From the NCBI RefSeq assembly GCF_023055435.1, contig NW_025964383.1, positions 13,888,001 to 13,952,000 on the forward strand: 64,000 bases of DNA, read 5' to 3'. A program made the translations under genes and the position numbers. Positions 1-13,508 of this stretch are shown here, in pieces (within the stretch, counting starts at the first letter, position 1; each line of letters opens with the position of its first letter). Source of the DNA: Haliotis rufescens. Its lineage: Eukaryota. The notes below the pieces were generated by a model that saw only the letters and a program-made list of their open reading frames with translations, was not told the origin of the DNA and did not search any database.

Positions 1-591
1 ATAGGTGTCTTATACCTTTTATACTAACACTTATATACTTACCAAGTTCAAATTCTCCAAATTTCTTGCTTGATCTTTTAACCGTGTATATGACGTACAT
101 GTGGCATACAAAAATTCACGAATCACGTCGATTATGTTATCGAAATCATACACCATCCTTGAAAGGGATCGCAGCATTCATCCGCAAAATACTGCGTCCA
201 TTTTGACCTTCAAGAAAATCGTGACACGTGGTTTTGCCTGTGTGTGCACTTTGGGTTTTTTCCCTACTTCTATTTTAAGTATATGTTGTGCGCATGCGTG
301 TACTACTTTCTGGTAGGAAGCGGTGAGGTTTGCGCCCACCCGAGGTCTATAAGACGTAACGGCCACGGTCAGACGTTGTTGACAGTCGGTCTGTCCTGTC
401 ATAACGTTTGTGCAGTCAGATGTACACACAGCGACAAAACGAAAGAAGGTAACAATTCAAAGATATTTCGGCCAAATCCAACTATTTTAATTTGTGGAGA
501 ACTTATTTGCATCTCTATCCGCATATGACTCCAACGGATATAGTTTTTATCCGTTGGCTTTATCCTGCCGAGAAATCTATCCACCTACCTA

Positions 592-593
<2 letters not shown>

Positions 594-625
<32 letters not shown>
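594..625. repeat. (AT)n microsatellite
   Basis: Direct reading. Others: (TATG)n 17789-17826, (GT)n 46300-46368, degenerate (CATC)n 55075-55325, poly-G 1344-1361, 4934-4953 and ~52688-52704. Confidence 0.95.
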
Positions 626-628
<3 letters not shown>

Positions 629-2014
629 CAGTATTTCAAAAAGGTAAGTTTGATGAAATAGTGACATGTACACGTGTATGATCATGTCAGTGTCTTAGAC
701 ATCTTTCCCTTTCCCTTAATCATATGTCCAGTAAAACCTTAGCCAGGACCTTGTTTGTCCGGAAACCCCATCTTTCCGTGCGATCTTTATGGGACAATGT
801 GAGATGTTTAGACATTGGGACTGCGCAGCTTGTGTATCTGGACGATTTCCTTAGAAACGGTACTGTTCAGATTAACGTCACACTGTACATCTCTGTTTGG
901 GAATGAAAATTACCTGACATTTCACCATGAACTGAAGAAGAAGAAAATATAAGGCATGATACGAATTTGTGTAAATTTTAATTTAAAAAACCATGAATCA
1001 TCCGAAGGCCCATAGACCCGTCTTCAGCGCAATCAAACTTGAAAAAACTTCAAACCGGTCTTCACACCCAGATAGTTGTCCCCAGTTTACTTGACTGACA
1101 GCATTCCACAACAAACTTTGAATGTTTCTCGCTCTCCTCGCTTGGATCACACAGGTGACTTTGTACTACTTGTATAAAAGTTTGTATGATCGTTTCGCAG
1201 ACGCTCTTTCATAATCACATCTTTCATGCGTAAAGTTTCATAACGCAACAGCTGGGATTGCAAGGCTTGAAGAAATATGCTGAACTCCCTTCAAGGTTAT
1301 AGCGATTTATTTGTCAGTTTGTATTGTCAATACAGAAAGTGGAGGGGGGGGGGGGGGGGGGCTGGCGTGAAGAGCGAAGGCTTTAATCACCAGGATTTTA
1401 TTTTTAAGCGGACATATTTAAGATTTTATGTCATGTCCTTACAACAAGTCGGCAAGTAATAACTTTGAAGACAGGTTTAATGGGTAACACGTGTATATTG
1501 TGCCATTGTAATTACATCTCATACTTGTTACTTGTTACTTAATATGTCCTGGGTGTTACTACAAGTCAGCAGTATTAACTTTAAAGAAAACGTTTTGAAA
1601 CACAAATGTCTGATGTCATTGCAAATATAATAACACCAGCTATTGTTCAGCCATTTCCTACTGATAGATTATTGTGACGTGAAAGAAAAGTCGATATGAG
1701 TAATGGTAAGGTCTTTGGTGTTACAAGAGGAAATTCTGAAAATGATTCAGGTAAACAAACTTTGGATAGCATGATTTTCAACAAGTACAATGAACATGTT
1801 CAATAAATAAAGACTTTAGAGATTATCACCGCAAACACGAAAACGTCGTTTTTTCCCGTGTATGGTCATTGGAAGGAAAACAACGACTGAAAAATCATTA
1901 AAATTGATTAATTGGTGAGCGTCTAGAAAGTGTCCGGAAAAGCTTCGAGTTTTTCAAGCGTAAAATGGACCGGAAAACGATGCTTTTTGCTTCGCCTTAA
2001 CTTGTACAACTGTT

Positions 2015-2460
2015 AACGGCCAATCAGATGGCGCTGGTCACCCGACGCACGTGATGTCCACGACTTCCTTATTGAAGCGTTATGTTTCGTATTTCTGGCA
2101 TGCCTTGCTCTGGTATCTGTCGCGCGCAGTGCAGCGAGATTTGCTGATTAGTCAGTTTTAGGATATGTAACATGTTAATGGAATTCAGATAAGCGCCAAG
2201 AAGTCAAACCAAACCATGTTACCAAGTTTATTGACATAACATATCCCTCCGCTATGCACAGTTACCTCTATCGGATAATGGGTTGTGTGTGATTTGGTTA
2301 TAACAGTAACAAATTTATTAATGTGAAGTTTACACGATATACGGCTTTTCCATAGGACGAGAAGTCGGTCACATGACGTTTTTCACGTGACTGTATTCTT
2401 GAAATGACGTAAACACTGATTACTTCCACTTTCCTAGGGAAAACCCGGGGAATTCCATAG
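2015..2460. promoter_or_regulatory. Promoter/enhancer-like motif cluster
   Basis: GGCCAATCAG 2018, ATGGCG (YY1-like), CACGTG 2048, GTCACATGAC 2368, TCACGTGAC 2383, TGACGTAA 2405, adjacent GGGAAAACCC 2437 and GGGGAATTCC 2447. Confidence 0.35.
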
Positions 2461-3710
2461 CACGAATTCATACAGAAGCGTTGTTTCCCATCATTTAAAC
2501 CCTTTAATTTTGAACGTAGCGTCTTAGCATACTCTGGGATAAGTAAGAGAGTTTGATTGCATGCCCGTCAAGGATACCCTCGCTACAACCCATCCTAGAG
2601 AAAACAAACCCCCAAAAAGTGAGTGAGTGAGTATGGTTTTACGCCGCTTTTAGCAATATTCCAGCAATATCACGGCGGGGGACACTAAAACTTGGCTTCA
2701 CACATTGTACCCATGTCGGGAATAGAACCCGGGTCTTCGGCGTGACCCGACCGCCCCTGTACTTGATGTAAATGTTTACGACGCTCTGTCATTGTGATTG
2801 ACTTACTGAGGTAGTTCTTTACAGACCTTCCTATCTAATGAGGATATCTTTTGGAATACATTTCTTGTAAACAAACTTAAACACAATGCATCGCGTCATG
2901 TTCCTCGCTTTTGGGTGAACTATTTTATTCCGGGGTGGCCTATTAAAGCTAGTAGTTAAGTCAAGGAACCATGCGTGTATATGATCTGTTATTATATGCG
3001 TTTAACAAAAACCAGTTGGGGGGTTAATAAAATACACTGACGCAAGTATATTCTAATCAAATCAATTGGATAATTGAATATGCTTTCTTTTACATATTAC
3101 ATGACATCACGACACAAAATTTGGACAGTTGCAGTAACACACTACGGTGATCGCATTTAACACCACTTTGAACACTATTTCAGTTATATCACGGCGTATC
3201 AGACTAATGTGGGATAAAAATCCGAAGTGGTTCAGGCCATCCAACGGGTGTTCGCGAAAAGGTTAGCGTATCCTGCCACACAAACACATGCAGGGACAAG
3301 TCAATTGTTCACCTGAACAAAGCACGGAAACACACAATGATGCCCGTCCTCACTATTAACGAGCTACGTTTGACAAAATGTATTGACTCAGAGTATTATT
3401 GTTAATCACAGCGTATACACGCGGCATACAGTTGAACTCATCACCCATCCCATTATTGATAATCCTTCTTGAAGAGCAATGAAATCAGAAGCTGCAATAG
3501 CGCATTTTTACACTTTATCTTTTAATTGGCATGTTAGACTTCTAGTAACTCAGTTTTATTTGCTGAGATCATTATGGAATCTTGGAAGGGACATTGTCGC
3601 CTTGTCGTTTCGTCGCATTGTCCCACTGACGCCCTTACAACAACAAAGCCAAAAGTGTCAAAATTAACCAAAGCGCGACAGTTCGACAACGCGACATTTT
3701 GGCCATTTGT

Positions 3711-4330
3711 CGCATTGTCGCTCTTTGAATAATCATTTTCTTTATTTATCAAAGGGTGACGATGCCGTAACGCGACATTTACAAGGTCAAAATATGTCTC
3801 GTTGTCGCATTGTCACCCCATCACAAATGTGTAAAAAAGGCGTAAGGTTCAGTTTATGTACAGTCAGGAAGCGGTAACCAAGTTACATCTGTCGTAGAAG
3901 GTCAACCTGATACATGTACGTCTTGAATTGAAAACACAAGTCCGTCCGCGAGTCAATAACGTTTTATTGTGAGCTCTTCTCTCTAAGTGCTTATTGTTCA
4001 ACTCCCAGTTCCAAACACGTCGCATTGTCGCTCTTTGAATAATCATTTTCTTTATTTATCAAAGGGTGACGATGCCGTAACGCGACATTTACAAGGTCAA
4101 AATATGTCTCGTTGTCGCATTGTCACCCCATCACAAATGTGTAAAAAAGGCGTAAGGTTCAGTTTATGTACAGTCAGGAAGCGGTAACCAAGTTACATCT
4201 GTCGTAGAAGGTCAACCTGATACATGTACGTCTTGAATTGAAAACACAAGTCCGTCCGCGAGTCAATAACGTTTTATTGTGAGCTCTTCTCTCTAAGTGC
4301 TTATTGTTCAACTCCCAGTTCCAAACACGT
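3711..4330. repeat. 310-bp direct tandem duplication
   Basis: 3711-4020 and 4021-4330 read as identical by eye. Confidence 0.9.
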
Positions 4331-4988
4331 AGTACCTCATCAACAATCCACATACATGTACCTCTAGTCCAATGGACGTCCGGAAGATCTTACTCTTGAC
4401 GTATCAGACAACTGACGAGTGCGCCCCTGACCTGTGACCTAGTTACACCCCCTATGAGGTGCTTGCCGAAGGGAGATGGGTAGGAAATGGGTGCTCCAGC
4501 CCAGCGCGGAGCTCGCGACACACTGTATACTGCATGTTGTATACAGTATATTGCAGATGATATACTGCATACTGCATGTGATACTTATTTGTGGAAAAGT
4601 TACAACTTTCAAGATTCAAGATTCAATTTGCATTTATTCTTATACAACAGACCGCCGTCATATATCACTGGAATACTGCTGAGAGCGGCGTTAAAACAAT
4701 TTGTTTTCATAATGGAGCGCTGCAGTCATTTAAAATAGAAACGTATACATTATTATGTAGTACAAACCCACTCACTCTGTTTCGAATATTCAGCAGAAAT
4801 ATATATCAGCCAGCTGTGAGGAGAGATATCAGATTTTATAAGCAGTCAAATAGAGGTGATACAGGGTCCCCTCACTGATTAGGTTCTTGTTTACTGAAGA
4901 GCAGAGTTGGCCATGTAAGATGATATAACCAATGGGGGGGGGGGGGGGGGGGGCTGGTCTTGTTATTGTGTGGTATGAGCTGTGACGT

Positions 4989-5612
4989 AGACCCAAGAGA
5001 ATAAAGTAAAACACGAGACCAACTCAAGTCTACAATGATTGGGAAAGTCTAGATTTCCACAGCTCTAGCATGAAATTAAGAATTGTACGTATACTGTGCT
5101 CCTTTTTAATGTTATTATTTTTATTTCGTAGACATAGATAGACCAACCAGGAAAGAAATTGATGGTGTATTAATATCACGTGCTACCACTGATCCAGTTA
5201 AATTCATAACACAATAATATATTAGTCTTTGATATTACGAAGGGCATGATCATGTACATGTTCACTGTAGTAATATGCATACTAGTCAACTTGATTATAA
5301 TTTTAATTATAGTGTAGTGCGGCATCAACGATTACTATATGATATCCTCACCTGTCATCGATGTACTGACATCGAACAATGGACGCCAATTCAACATTCT
5401 TATTTGAGCTATAAATAGCTTCAATAGGGACAGTACCGGTGTCAGTAAAATGTTCGTAGTTAAAAAAATGTATCCACAAAATATAATCTAAAGGAGCCAA
5501 GAACAATATTTTTATTAATGCTTACTTTCATGGAGAGAATTGAGCCAATCTAGGCTTGCCAAATCGTTCTAGACTTGAGCTGGATTCCTTTTAAATTTAT
5601 TCTCTATGGTCT
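4989..5612. mobile_element. Foldback/MITE-like element with ~95-bp imperfect terminal inverted repeats
   Basis: 4989-5084 (agacccaagagaataaa..ctcaagtcta..ctagatt..catgaaattaag) is the diverged reverse complement of 5517-5612. Confidence 0.6.
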
Positions 5613-7030
5613 GGGGTGTCGGTATCGCATGGAGAACTGACGTGTAGAGAGATTCCACAAGGGCCAGCTTAAGTAAGTATAATCGGATATGTTATGGAGT
5701 TTCGAGTTTGGACTGTTTGTGAATAGAACAAGAGCTTACGAACAAGGGCACAATGTAGAGATTAAAGCATTACCACCTCACACAAGTCTGTTTATATCTA
5801 TGTTATTGTGATTTGAAATCTCTTTTTGAACAATTGCGAGTTATTGTATACTCTGTATTCTTTCGTCATTGTAGAATATATATTTTCTATGTTGCTTTTT
5901 GAATTATCCACAAATAATGAGAACTACAATGTAAACATCTGTCTGGAGATATACAATAATACTACTGAAGCGCATATCTGGAAAATCGGACTAATCGACT
6001 AAGATTTCTTTCTTTAACAGTGCCCGTCATAGGTATTCTAATAATTATATTATACTCTGTATAGTTTAAAAGTTGAGAAATATTGCATTTCAAATATTGG
6101 CAAATTGTGTATCTTTCTACATTTTGAATTCATTATAATTTCTGCAATAAAACCTTAACATCAGATAATGATATAAACGAATATGATCTATACTGTGATA
6201 AATGAAATATTAATTCCGTATTATGAATTAAACAAACTGAAATATGATATTACAAACAAATTATTTTAATCTGTTCGTGTGAGAAGGTAACCAGAGATCG
6301 AGGCAACTCACTAACGTAACCATTTGTGAAAAATCAAATATTCTAAGTTTAGGGGTTTGAACACGTGCATTGAATGACAGACAAGAAAGCAACACAATTA
6401 CTGAATAAAAAATTTAAAAAAAGAAAAAAGAAAGCAACACAATGATTCAATTATGAATCCAATTATTTTAGAAATAAAACTATATAGAAAATAAAAGTTT
6501 AATTTCTCATTGTTGGAAGGTGTTTAAAAACAGGTTTTGTTTGATTGATTTTTGTTGACATCCAGAGCATCAATCTACGCAATTGGGATACGATGACATG
6601 CATCAACCAAGTTAGCGAGCCTGACCACCCGATATATTGATCATTTTGGTTATGTGTGGGACACAGAAGAGAAAATTATATTTTTGTATTTTTATTTCTC
6701 ACATTGAGTGATGATCCAGGCTTTAAAACATGGTTGAGGTAAAAAAATAGTTTTACAATAATACCCTGAAAGGAATATTGTATTTATTTATTTTTTCAGC
6801 AAAAGATCGGTAACTATAATGGTTACTCCAAGGACAATAAATTTCTACTTTTTCTCCGATATATCTGAAATATGACAAAATTATGTTTCTTTGTGTTGGC
6901 ATAATTAACCTATTTTTTTAAGTTTTGATGTTTCTTGCTAAATGACTAAAAGTTGGAATTTTCACTTTTAATTTGTTTATTCAACAGGATCAAAAGGGAT
7001 ACACATTTTGATAATGACCCATATATATTT

Positions 7031-7165
7031 ACCACCAGGTCAGATAGAACCTGACACCTAAACCCTTTCATTTTTCATCTTGTTAAATAATTAGTAAATC
7101 TCGATTAATTATGTGTACCTAGACCTTCTCTCTTCCAACAAAGATATGGCCGCAAAGAAGAGCGT
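7031..7165 (+). pseudogene. Truncated local duplicate of the FMO intron end and first codons
   Basis: ccttctctcttccaAcaaagatATGgccgcaaagaagag (ATG 7146) versus the functional ccttctctcttccaGcaaagatATGgccgcaaggaagag (ATG 7386). The copy diverges after ~5 codons and its acceptor AG is lost. Confidence 0.75.
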
Positions 7166-7385
7166 TTCCAGAAATGACGTCATGATAAAACAATTTCTTA
7201 CCGTGAAATAAAACCACGCCTCATTTTTCATTGTTCTATATATGTACATACAAACATACATACATATTGTCGTTCCCAGATAATCACCAAGTCAGATAGA
7301 ACCCCATACCCCTTGTACTTTCTGTCTTATTTTGTGAATCTCGATTGATTTTATATTATTAAACCTTCTCTCTTCCAGCAAAGAT

Positions 7386-10300
7386 ATGGCCGCAAGGAAG
7401 AGAGTCGCCATTGTGGGAGCAGGGCTCGCCGGTTTGGCGGCCATCAAGTCGTGTTTGGAAGAAGGGTTGGAGCCTGTGTGTTTCGAACAATATGACAACT
7501 GTGGTAAGGTGTAACACTTTCGAGGTGACATCAGTATCATACGTTATACATTAATAATCATATCATAAACATTCATCTTAAAAAAAAGAATGTTGCTTTT
7601 TTTTTTATAAGAAATCGTTGCTAAGCCTTATTTCCAAGTAGGCACAACACAAGCGACGTTGTAAGGATAAAGGGTTAACTAACATATTGTCACGTTTATA
7701 ATAAGGTGGTGTTTGGTACTACACGGAAGAATACAGAGAAGGGCAGGGTGCAAGGGCCTTTGATTGTCTGACAACGAACATCAGTAGGGAGATGTTTGGC
7801 TTCAGCGATTTTCCCTACCCTCCCAATCTTCCGCCATTCCTGCCGCGCACCATGGTCTACGACTACATCCTGAGCTACTGTGAGACGTTTGGACTCGGCA
7901 AATACATCCACCTCAACACCAGGGTCAATAACATAAAGAAGTCAAGGGACTACAACGTTACGGGAAGATGGGAGGTGGAAACGATGGATTCAGAGAAGAA
8001 GACCCAAAGGGACATCTTTGATTTCGTTATGATCTGCACTGGTTTCTACAAGAAGCCTCGCATACCTGATATAAAAGGACTGGATACTTTCAAAGGAACT
8101 ATTGAACACTCTATGAGGTTCAAAGATGCTGTGCAATACAAGGGCAAGTCTGTACTTGTAGTTGGTAAGTGATTTGTGTTGCACGTATTGTTAAAAATAT
8201 AGATAGTGTTTTCAATACGATAAAGGAATAAATGTGGACATTATGTTTATGCTCCCTTCATTCAAGTAATGTATCTTAAACATCGACTGTTTTAAGAATG
8301 TCACTGGACGATAACGAAATCACTTCCTCTTGTTTTTTTCTGTATCGCAAATTCCCATGTAATACAATTTATATTCCTTTTTTAATACTTACGATACGGA
8401 CGGATATAAATTTTACAGTTATTATGACGAGCAGTGGCATTGTCAATAAAGACAGAGTTAACGTCTTCTATTGTCATTGAATAATTTGAGACTGTTTAAA
8501 GCATCTGTAATATATACTGTCATGTTTATGAACAAATCAGGATCATAATATCAATTGTTACGCCGTATCCAAGCATGGTTAAAAGGCGGTACACACAATG
8601 TCTGTGGTTCACTATTGTTATGCAAACCTTTCTCTAGTTTATATTTTCATTTTTTAACCTTAAGGAAACTCCCATTCTTCCGGAGATATGTCAGCTGAGT
8701 CTTCAGCTTATGCAGAACAGGTACGTCAAATGACTAGGTATTAACAATTATAAATCAAATCCCCTCTTGTCATAATTACAAATCTCATTAATATGATATA
8801 AGGGCCAATCTGTCTTGGTAGTAAATAGTTCGAATAGCGTTTGCTTTCGTGTGCTTTAATGTTCTAAATTATCATTTGGAAAGCAAACAAAACGTTAATA
8901 AAGTGTACTGTTCCTGTGTCTCAAATTGTAAAAAGTGACGTCATTGATGTACGGTCCAGGAGACATTCTTCTCCTCTATTAAGGGGGCGGTCGGGTAGCC
9001 TGGTGGTTAAAGCGTTCGCTCGTCACGCCGAAGACCCGGGTTCGATTCCCGACATGGGTACAATGTGTGAAGCCCATTTCTGGTGTCCCCCGCCGTGATA
9101 TTGCTGGAATATTGCTAAAAGCGGCGTAAAACCATATTCACTCACCCACTCACTCACTCTCCTCTATTAAACAAAAAAAATAGTATATATTTTGTGTCTA
9201 TCTAATTCATAAAAAAAGAATTGTGCAAACCTAATCATGATCAACAGCATGGTTTGCAGACTTATTAATACGCCTCTTTTTTTTCTTTTGCAGGTATATT
9301 ACAGTGTAGGAGAAGGTATGCTTATGATGCCATTGTGTGTCAAAAACGGGCAACCGTGGGACCTGGTTGTCTTTAGGAGGGCCAACATGTGGAATCCAGT
9401 CAAGTTCTTCAAGTTAGTGGTCGACTTGTGCAATGACCGTCTTGACCACAGGCATGCAGGGTTCACCCCCACAACTCCCCCGTCAAAGACTAGAGTAATG
9501 CTCAACGATAGAGTTCAGTATAAAGTCATGAGTGGGAGGATTAAAGTTGTCAATAGACTGACTCGTCTTGGACCCCACGAAGCTGAATTTGACGATGGCA
9601 CGATCATCAAGAACTTGGACGCCATTTTGTTTGCTACCGGATATGATCTTTTGATAGACTTCCTCGATGAGCCGTTACAAGAGGGTAAGACTAATAAAAT
9701 GTTAAACAAAGCTTGGCATTTTCTATTGACTGCCATAATTTACAGTCCTAACTGTAGCAAGCTTGAATCAAGATCCTCTAAGCCAACTTAGTATGGTCAA
9801 ATATTATTAGAAGAATCTAGCAGTTGACAATTACCCTAAAGACATAGACACTATCTCAGTTTTACACAATATGTCATGGCAGTAATGTTTGGACCTTTGA
9901 TCGCAATTGGATCATTATTGGGGCGCATGGTTCTTTTTTACATCCATAAATTAGAGACTGACCATGATATTCTGGTATAAAGGGGCCGGGAATTGTTTTA
10001 AAGCAATTATTACAGAAAACAATTTAAAAAAGGCCTTTTTTGTTTTAAAAAGATGGTCATACGAGCTGTCCTATCATGCGAATAAATATATCGTTAAAAA
10101 CGAATGTTCCGCTCTTTCTTTTAGAGAAATAAATTGTTTGTCTTAAAAAAGCAGCTGTCTGAGAATTTGGCCCCGATATTGTTGTACTACTCCTGTTTGC
10201 AGATGATGGCAAGTTGAGTCTGTACAAGATGATGTTCCCACTTCATCAGCATCACACCCTGTCGGTGATTGGTTGCGTGGACTCTGATGGAGCCATTCCT

Positions 10301-11931
10301 CCACTAGCTGAGTTACAGGGCCGCCTTGCAGCCCGGGTATATGCCGGCAATCATCGACTGCCTTCCTTGAAGGTCATGGCGGCTGAAGTGGAAAAGAGAA
10401 ACTCCTCTTTATTTGAAAGATTTGGACGCTACAAATATCTGGTTAGTAACAGCCAAGCAAATGTACCATTAAATGCGAACGTAATGACGCAAGTGAAATA
10501 GTGAATTACACCGGACATAATTTTGGTCATCGATTTGTGAAAGTGTGAAATGTCCTCCGCTCGACTACAATAAAATAGTTGGAAAGCTTAACTTAAGCAT
10601 TGAAGGTTGTTACCTTGATCACAAAACGTTTGAGCAGGAGTCATATGATGCTCTTTGATATCTTCGTAGAAAGAGCATGTGCCCGAATGGTTGTGAAATG
10701 TAGACAAGTTGGCTAGAGCTGCTGGAACATTGCTCGACATATAGGGAAAGTTGACTGTTGGAAAGTTGAAGTCATCCATGTTGTCATACAATTCTTGTGA
10801 AAAGTTTCTCGTCACCCTTAAACATTATGCAAAGATCGAAATATAAAACAGATGACGCTGTTTCACTGGTCTCTCGACCCGAGAAAATCCGGGGTAGAAT
10901 AGGTCTCCACTAGCCCATGCTTGCCGTAAAAGGCTCAGTGCTTGTCGAAAGAGGCGACTAACGGGATCGGGTGGTCAGGCTTGCTGACTTTGTTGATGCA
11001 TGTCGTCGTATCCCAATTGCGTGGAACGATGCTCATGATGTCAATCACTGGATTGTCTGGTCCAGATTCGACTATTTACAGACGGCGTCATATTGCTGGA
11101 ATATTGCTGAGTGCGGCGTTAAACAACAAACAAACTAACAAACAAACACTGTCTTTTATTTCTAGTTCAGGTGCCTGAATAAGCGGAAGGGCATTGGCTC
11201 TTTCATGGTTATTGAACGATATAAGATTATCGACATTCTTGAAGCTTAAGGTAAACTTCTTGTATTTTGCCAAATCTTGAGCAGAAATGTGATTCATATC
11301 CTGAACATATTGTGAAAGATTGAGCATAGTCAAGCACGATTACGCCAAACATGCTTCTGTGGGAATTCTGGGTTAGAACATCAACCCATGCAAGGTATCG
11401 TCAGAGGCTAGTAAATGAATCGGGTGGTCAAGCTGGGTGATTATAGCGAGTCATCGTACCCCATTCCTTATTTGTCGGGTGCAGACTTTTTACAGATTTA
11501 TTTATTTGGTACGTCCCTAGATTATTGCTGACACAACAGTACAACAAAATTAAACTTAAATTTGGTGTTTGGTACCATAAAATGTATATTGTATATTTCA
11601 GATACCCAACCTTGTTTTCCGAGACGAAGTGGCAGAAGAGCTAGGCGTGACCCCCTCCTTTTTGGACCTGATCAAGGCGGGGCCTCGAATTGCCTATCTC
11701 TACTACTACGGGCCTGCTCTCCCATACCACTATCGACTGTGGGGGCCGCATACTTGGAGTGGAGCAAAGAAAGCAATCAAGTATGCTGTAGAACATGGTC
11801 ACTATGCTAAGCAAATGAGGAATGTCCAACCACCGGACGGTGCAGGAGCAAACTATTTCTTCAGAATTATCATTGTTTCCACAGTTGCTGCCTTGCTGGC
11901 TTTGGCCTACCAGAGAACATATTTCTATTGA
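7386..11931 (+). CDS. Flavin-containing monooxygenase (FMO family, class B flavoprotein monooxygenase), 6 coding exons, 530 aa
   Basis: Exons 7386-7503, 7706-8164, 8665-8720, 9294-9684, 10203-10441, 11602-11931; all GT-AG with compatible phases (1593 nt, in frame). Motifs: FAD-binding [31 protein letters not shown] fingerprint [30 protein letters not shown]-terminal hydrophobic anchor [18 protein letters not shown]. An acceptor (tcttccag) just before the ATG implies an upstream non-coding exon. Confidence 0.95.
8983..9157 (+). mobile_element. SINE family A (tRNA-Asp-like head, ~170 bp, (ACTC)n tail), full-length copy in FMO intron 3
   Basis: A box (tagcctggtgg), tRNA-Asp-like gtcacgcc..gggttcgattccc, 13-bp TSD tctcctctattaa. 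Other copies: ~2618-2757(-), 15808-15957(-), 16641-16804(-), 16950-17046(+), 20982-21122(+), 30859-31020(+), 32825-32983(-), 49838-49987(-), 52700-52815(+), 54762-54935(-), 59862-59943(-), 61910-62076(-). Confidence 0.9.
10585..11340 (-). mobile_element. Degenerate Penelope-like retroelement RT fragment in FMO intron 5
   Basis: Minus-strand remnants [19 protein letters not shown] and [23 protein letters not shown] resemble PLE RT YIDD and C-terminal motifs; interrupted by a family B copy. Confidence 0.7.
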
Positions 11932-13508
11932 TATCCGCACAGCATGGTCCCTTCTAAACGTTCTGTGCAGATTTGCTTCCATTAGCTATGCCAGAATACG
12001 GTGTACCTAGAGGTAGTTAAGCTGAGTCCCATTGGTCGAGCTATTACTCTTCAAATTATTTTTAAAAGGGCATTCACCAATTCACGCGCTGTATATCAAG
12101 ACAATGAACCCATTGTCATATAGTATTTGCATTCTTGTTTATACATCATATACAACCTTATGAATATGCACTCATGTTATATATGTGAGAGTATTATCTT
12201 ATCTTATATGAAATACTAGCTTCGGATTAGTTAAGGAACGGACAGTTATTTTCCATGTAGCCCGCTGAGAAATCCATCGGAAAACATCTTGGCTAAATTG
12301 CTTAAAGTATCATAAAGATTTTTTTTTTTAAATGTACTCATGTTTATCCCAATGAATCGGAAGTAACTCGGATCGTTTCCGTCGCCCGCTCCTCGTGATC
12401 GATTGACAACTTATATTATAATAGCCTTCAACACATCACCCTTCGACACATCACTCTTTCTGCCCTTTTCTTACGATGTGAAGTTTATGAAATAGTCCAA
12501 CTGGAGTTACCTCCCTTTAACAGTGTGTACCGATTGCACCACAAACAAGCCAGCATGTGGACAGCGAATAGTGAAAGGCGTACTTTTTTCATTCAGATTG
12601 TGTGAATGGCGGTTGCTACCGGTAGGTCAGGACATGCTTACTCTTTTCGCGACCATCTGGTGTTATCAGTGGTCCATTCATATATTATTCACAGCTATTT
12701 TGCCCTTACACCAAATGGAATCTGTTACGGCGGATACTCTGATACATTGACAACAATTTATATTTATAAGAATGCAGATGACGGTCAGAATGATCAAATC
12801 CTGCAAGTAAGCAGAGTAAACAGACCCGTGAAGATCCGGGATTGAATTGGTCTTCAGCAGCCCATGCTTGCTGTAAAAGACGACTATGATTATCGAAAGA
12901 GGCGACTATCGGGATCGGGTGGTCAGGTTCGCTGACTTGGTTGATGCATGTCATCGTAACCCAATTGCGTGGATCGATGCTCATGATGTCAATCACTGGA
13001 GTTTAGGTAGATGATGTCATACCACTTGTATTTGTGTTATTTACATGTATCACTTATGATAGATCACATGGTTGGTTTCATAACGTTTGTATATGAATAT
13101 TTCCCTGTGTTTAAGTCCACGTCATAGTCTACAAATCCTCCCTTGAATGCGACGTTGAACCCCGTGTCACTGACTTCACCCTTTCCCTCAACCCGCACCT
13201 TCCACTTACAATGTCCGGCCCCTCCGGCGTGTCATAAACCCATTATTGTGGGTTCGAATCCCTGTCCGCCCCGATTTTGTTTTTCGGTTTGTCAGCACCA
13301 TACCCGTGCTCGTGGGTTTCACCAAAGTGGTAAACGTCTGAGACCTGCATCACCTCGGGCCTTCTTCCCACATTAAGCTGACACGCCGCGATATAACTGG
13401 AATACAAGTCAACGGGCGTTCAACCCAATTCACTCACATTTATGAGTGTTCCCTGTGACGTCCAACGTGTCTTGACTGATCTAACACTGACATCAATGTT
13501 CATAAATA

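Noticed and set aside
8983-9060. tRNA-Asp-, tRNA-Leu- and other tRNA-like sequences
   Set aside because: They are heads of multi-copy SINEs with bodies, tails and TSDs; no stand-alone cloverleaf gene is supported.
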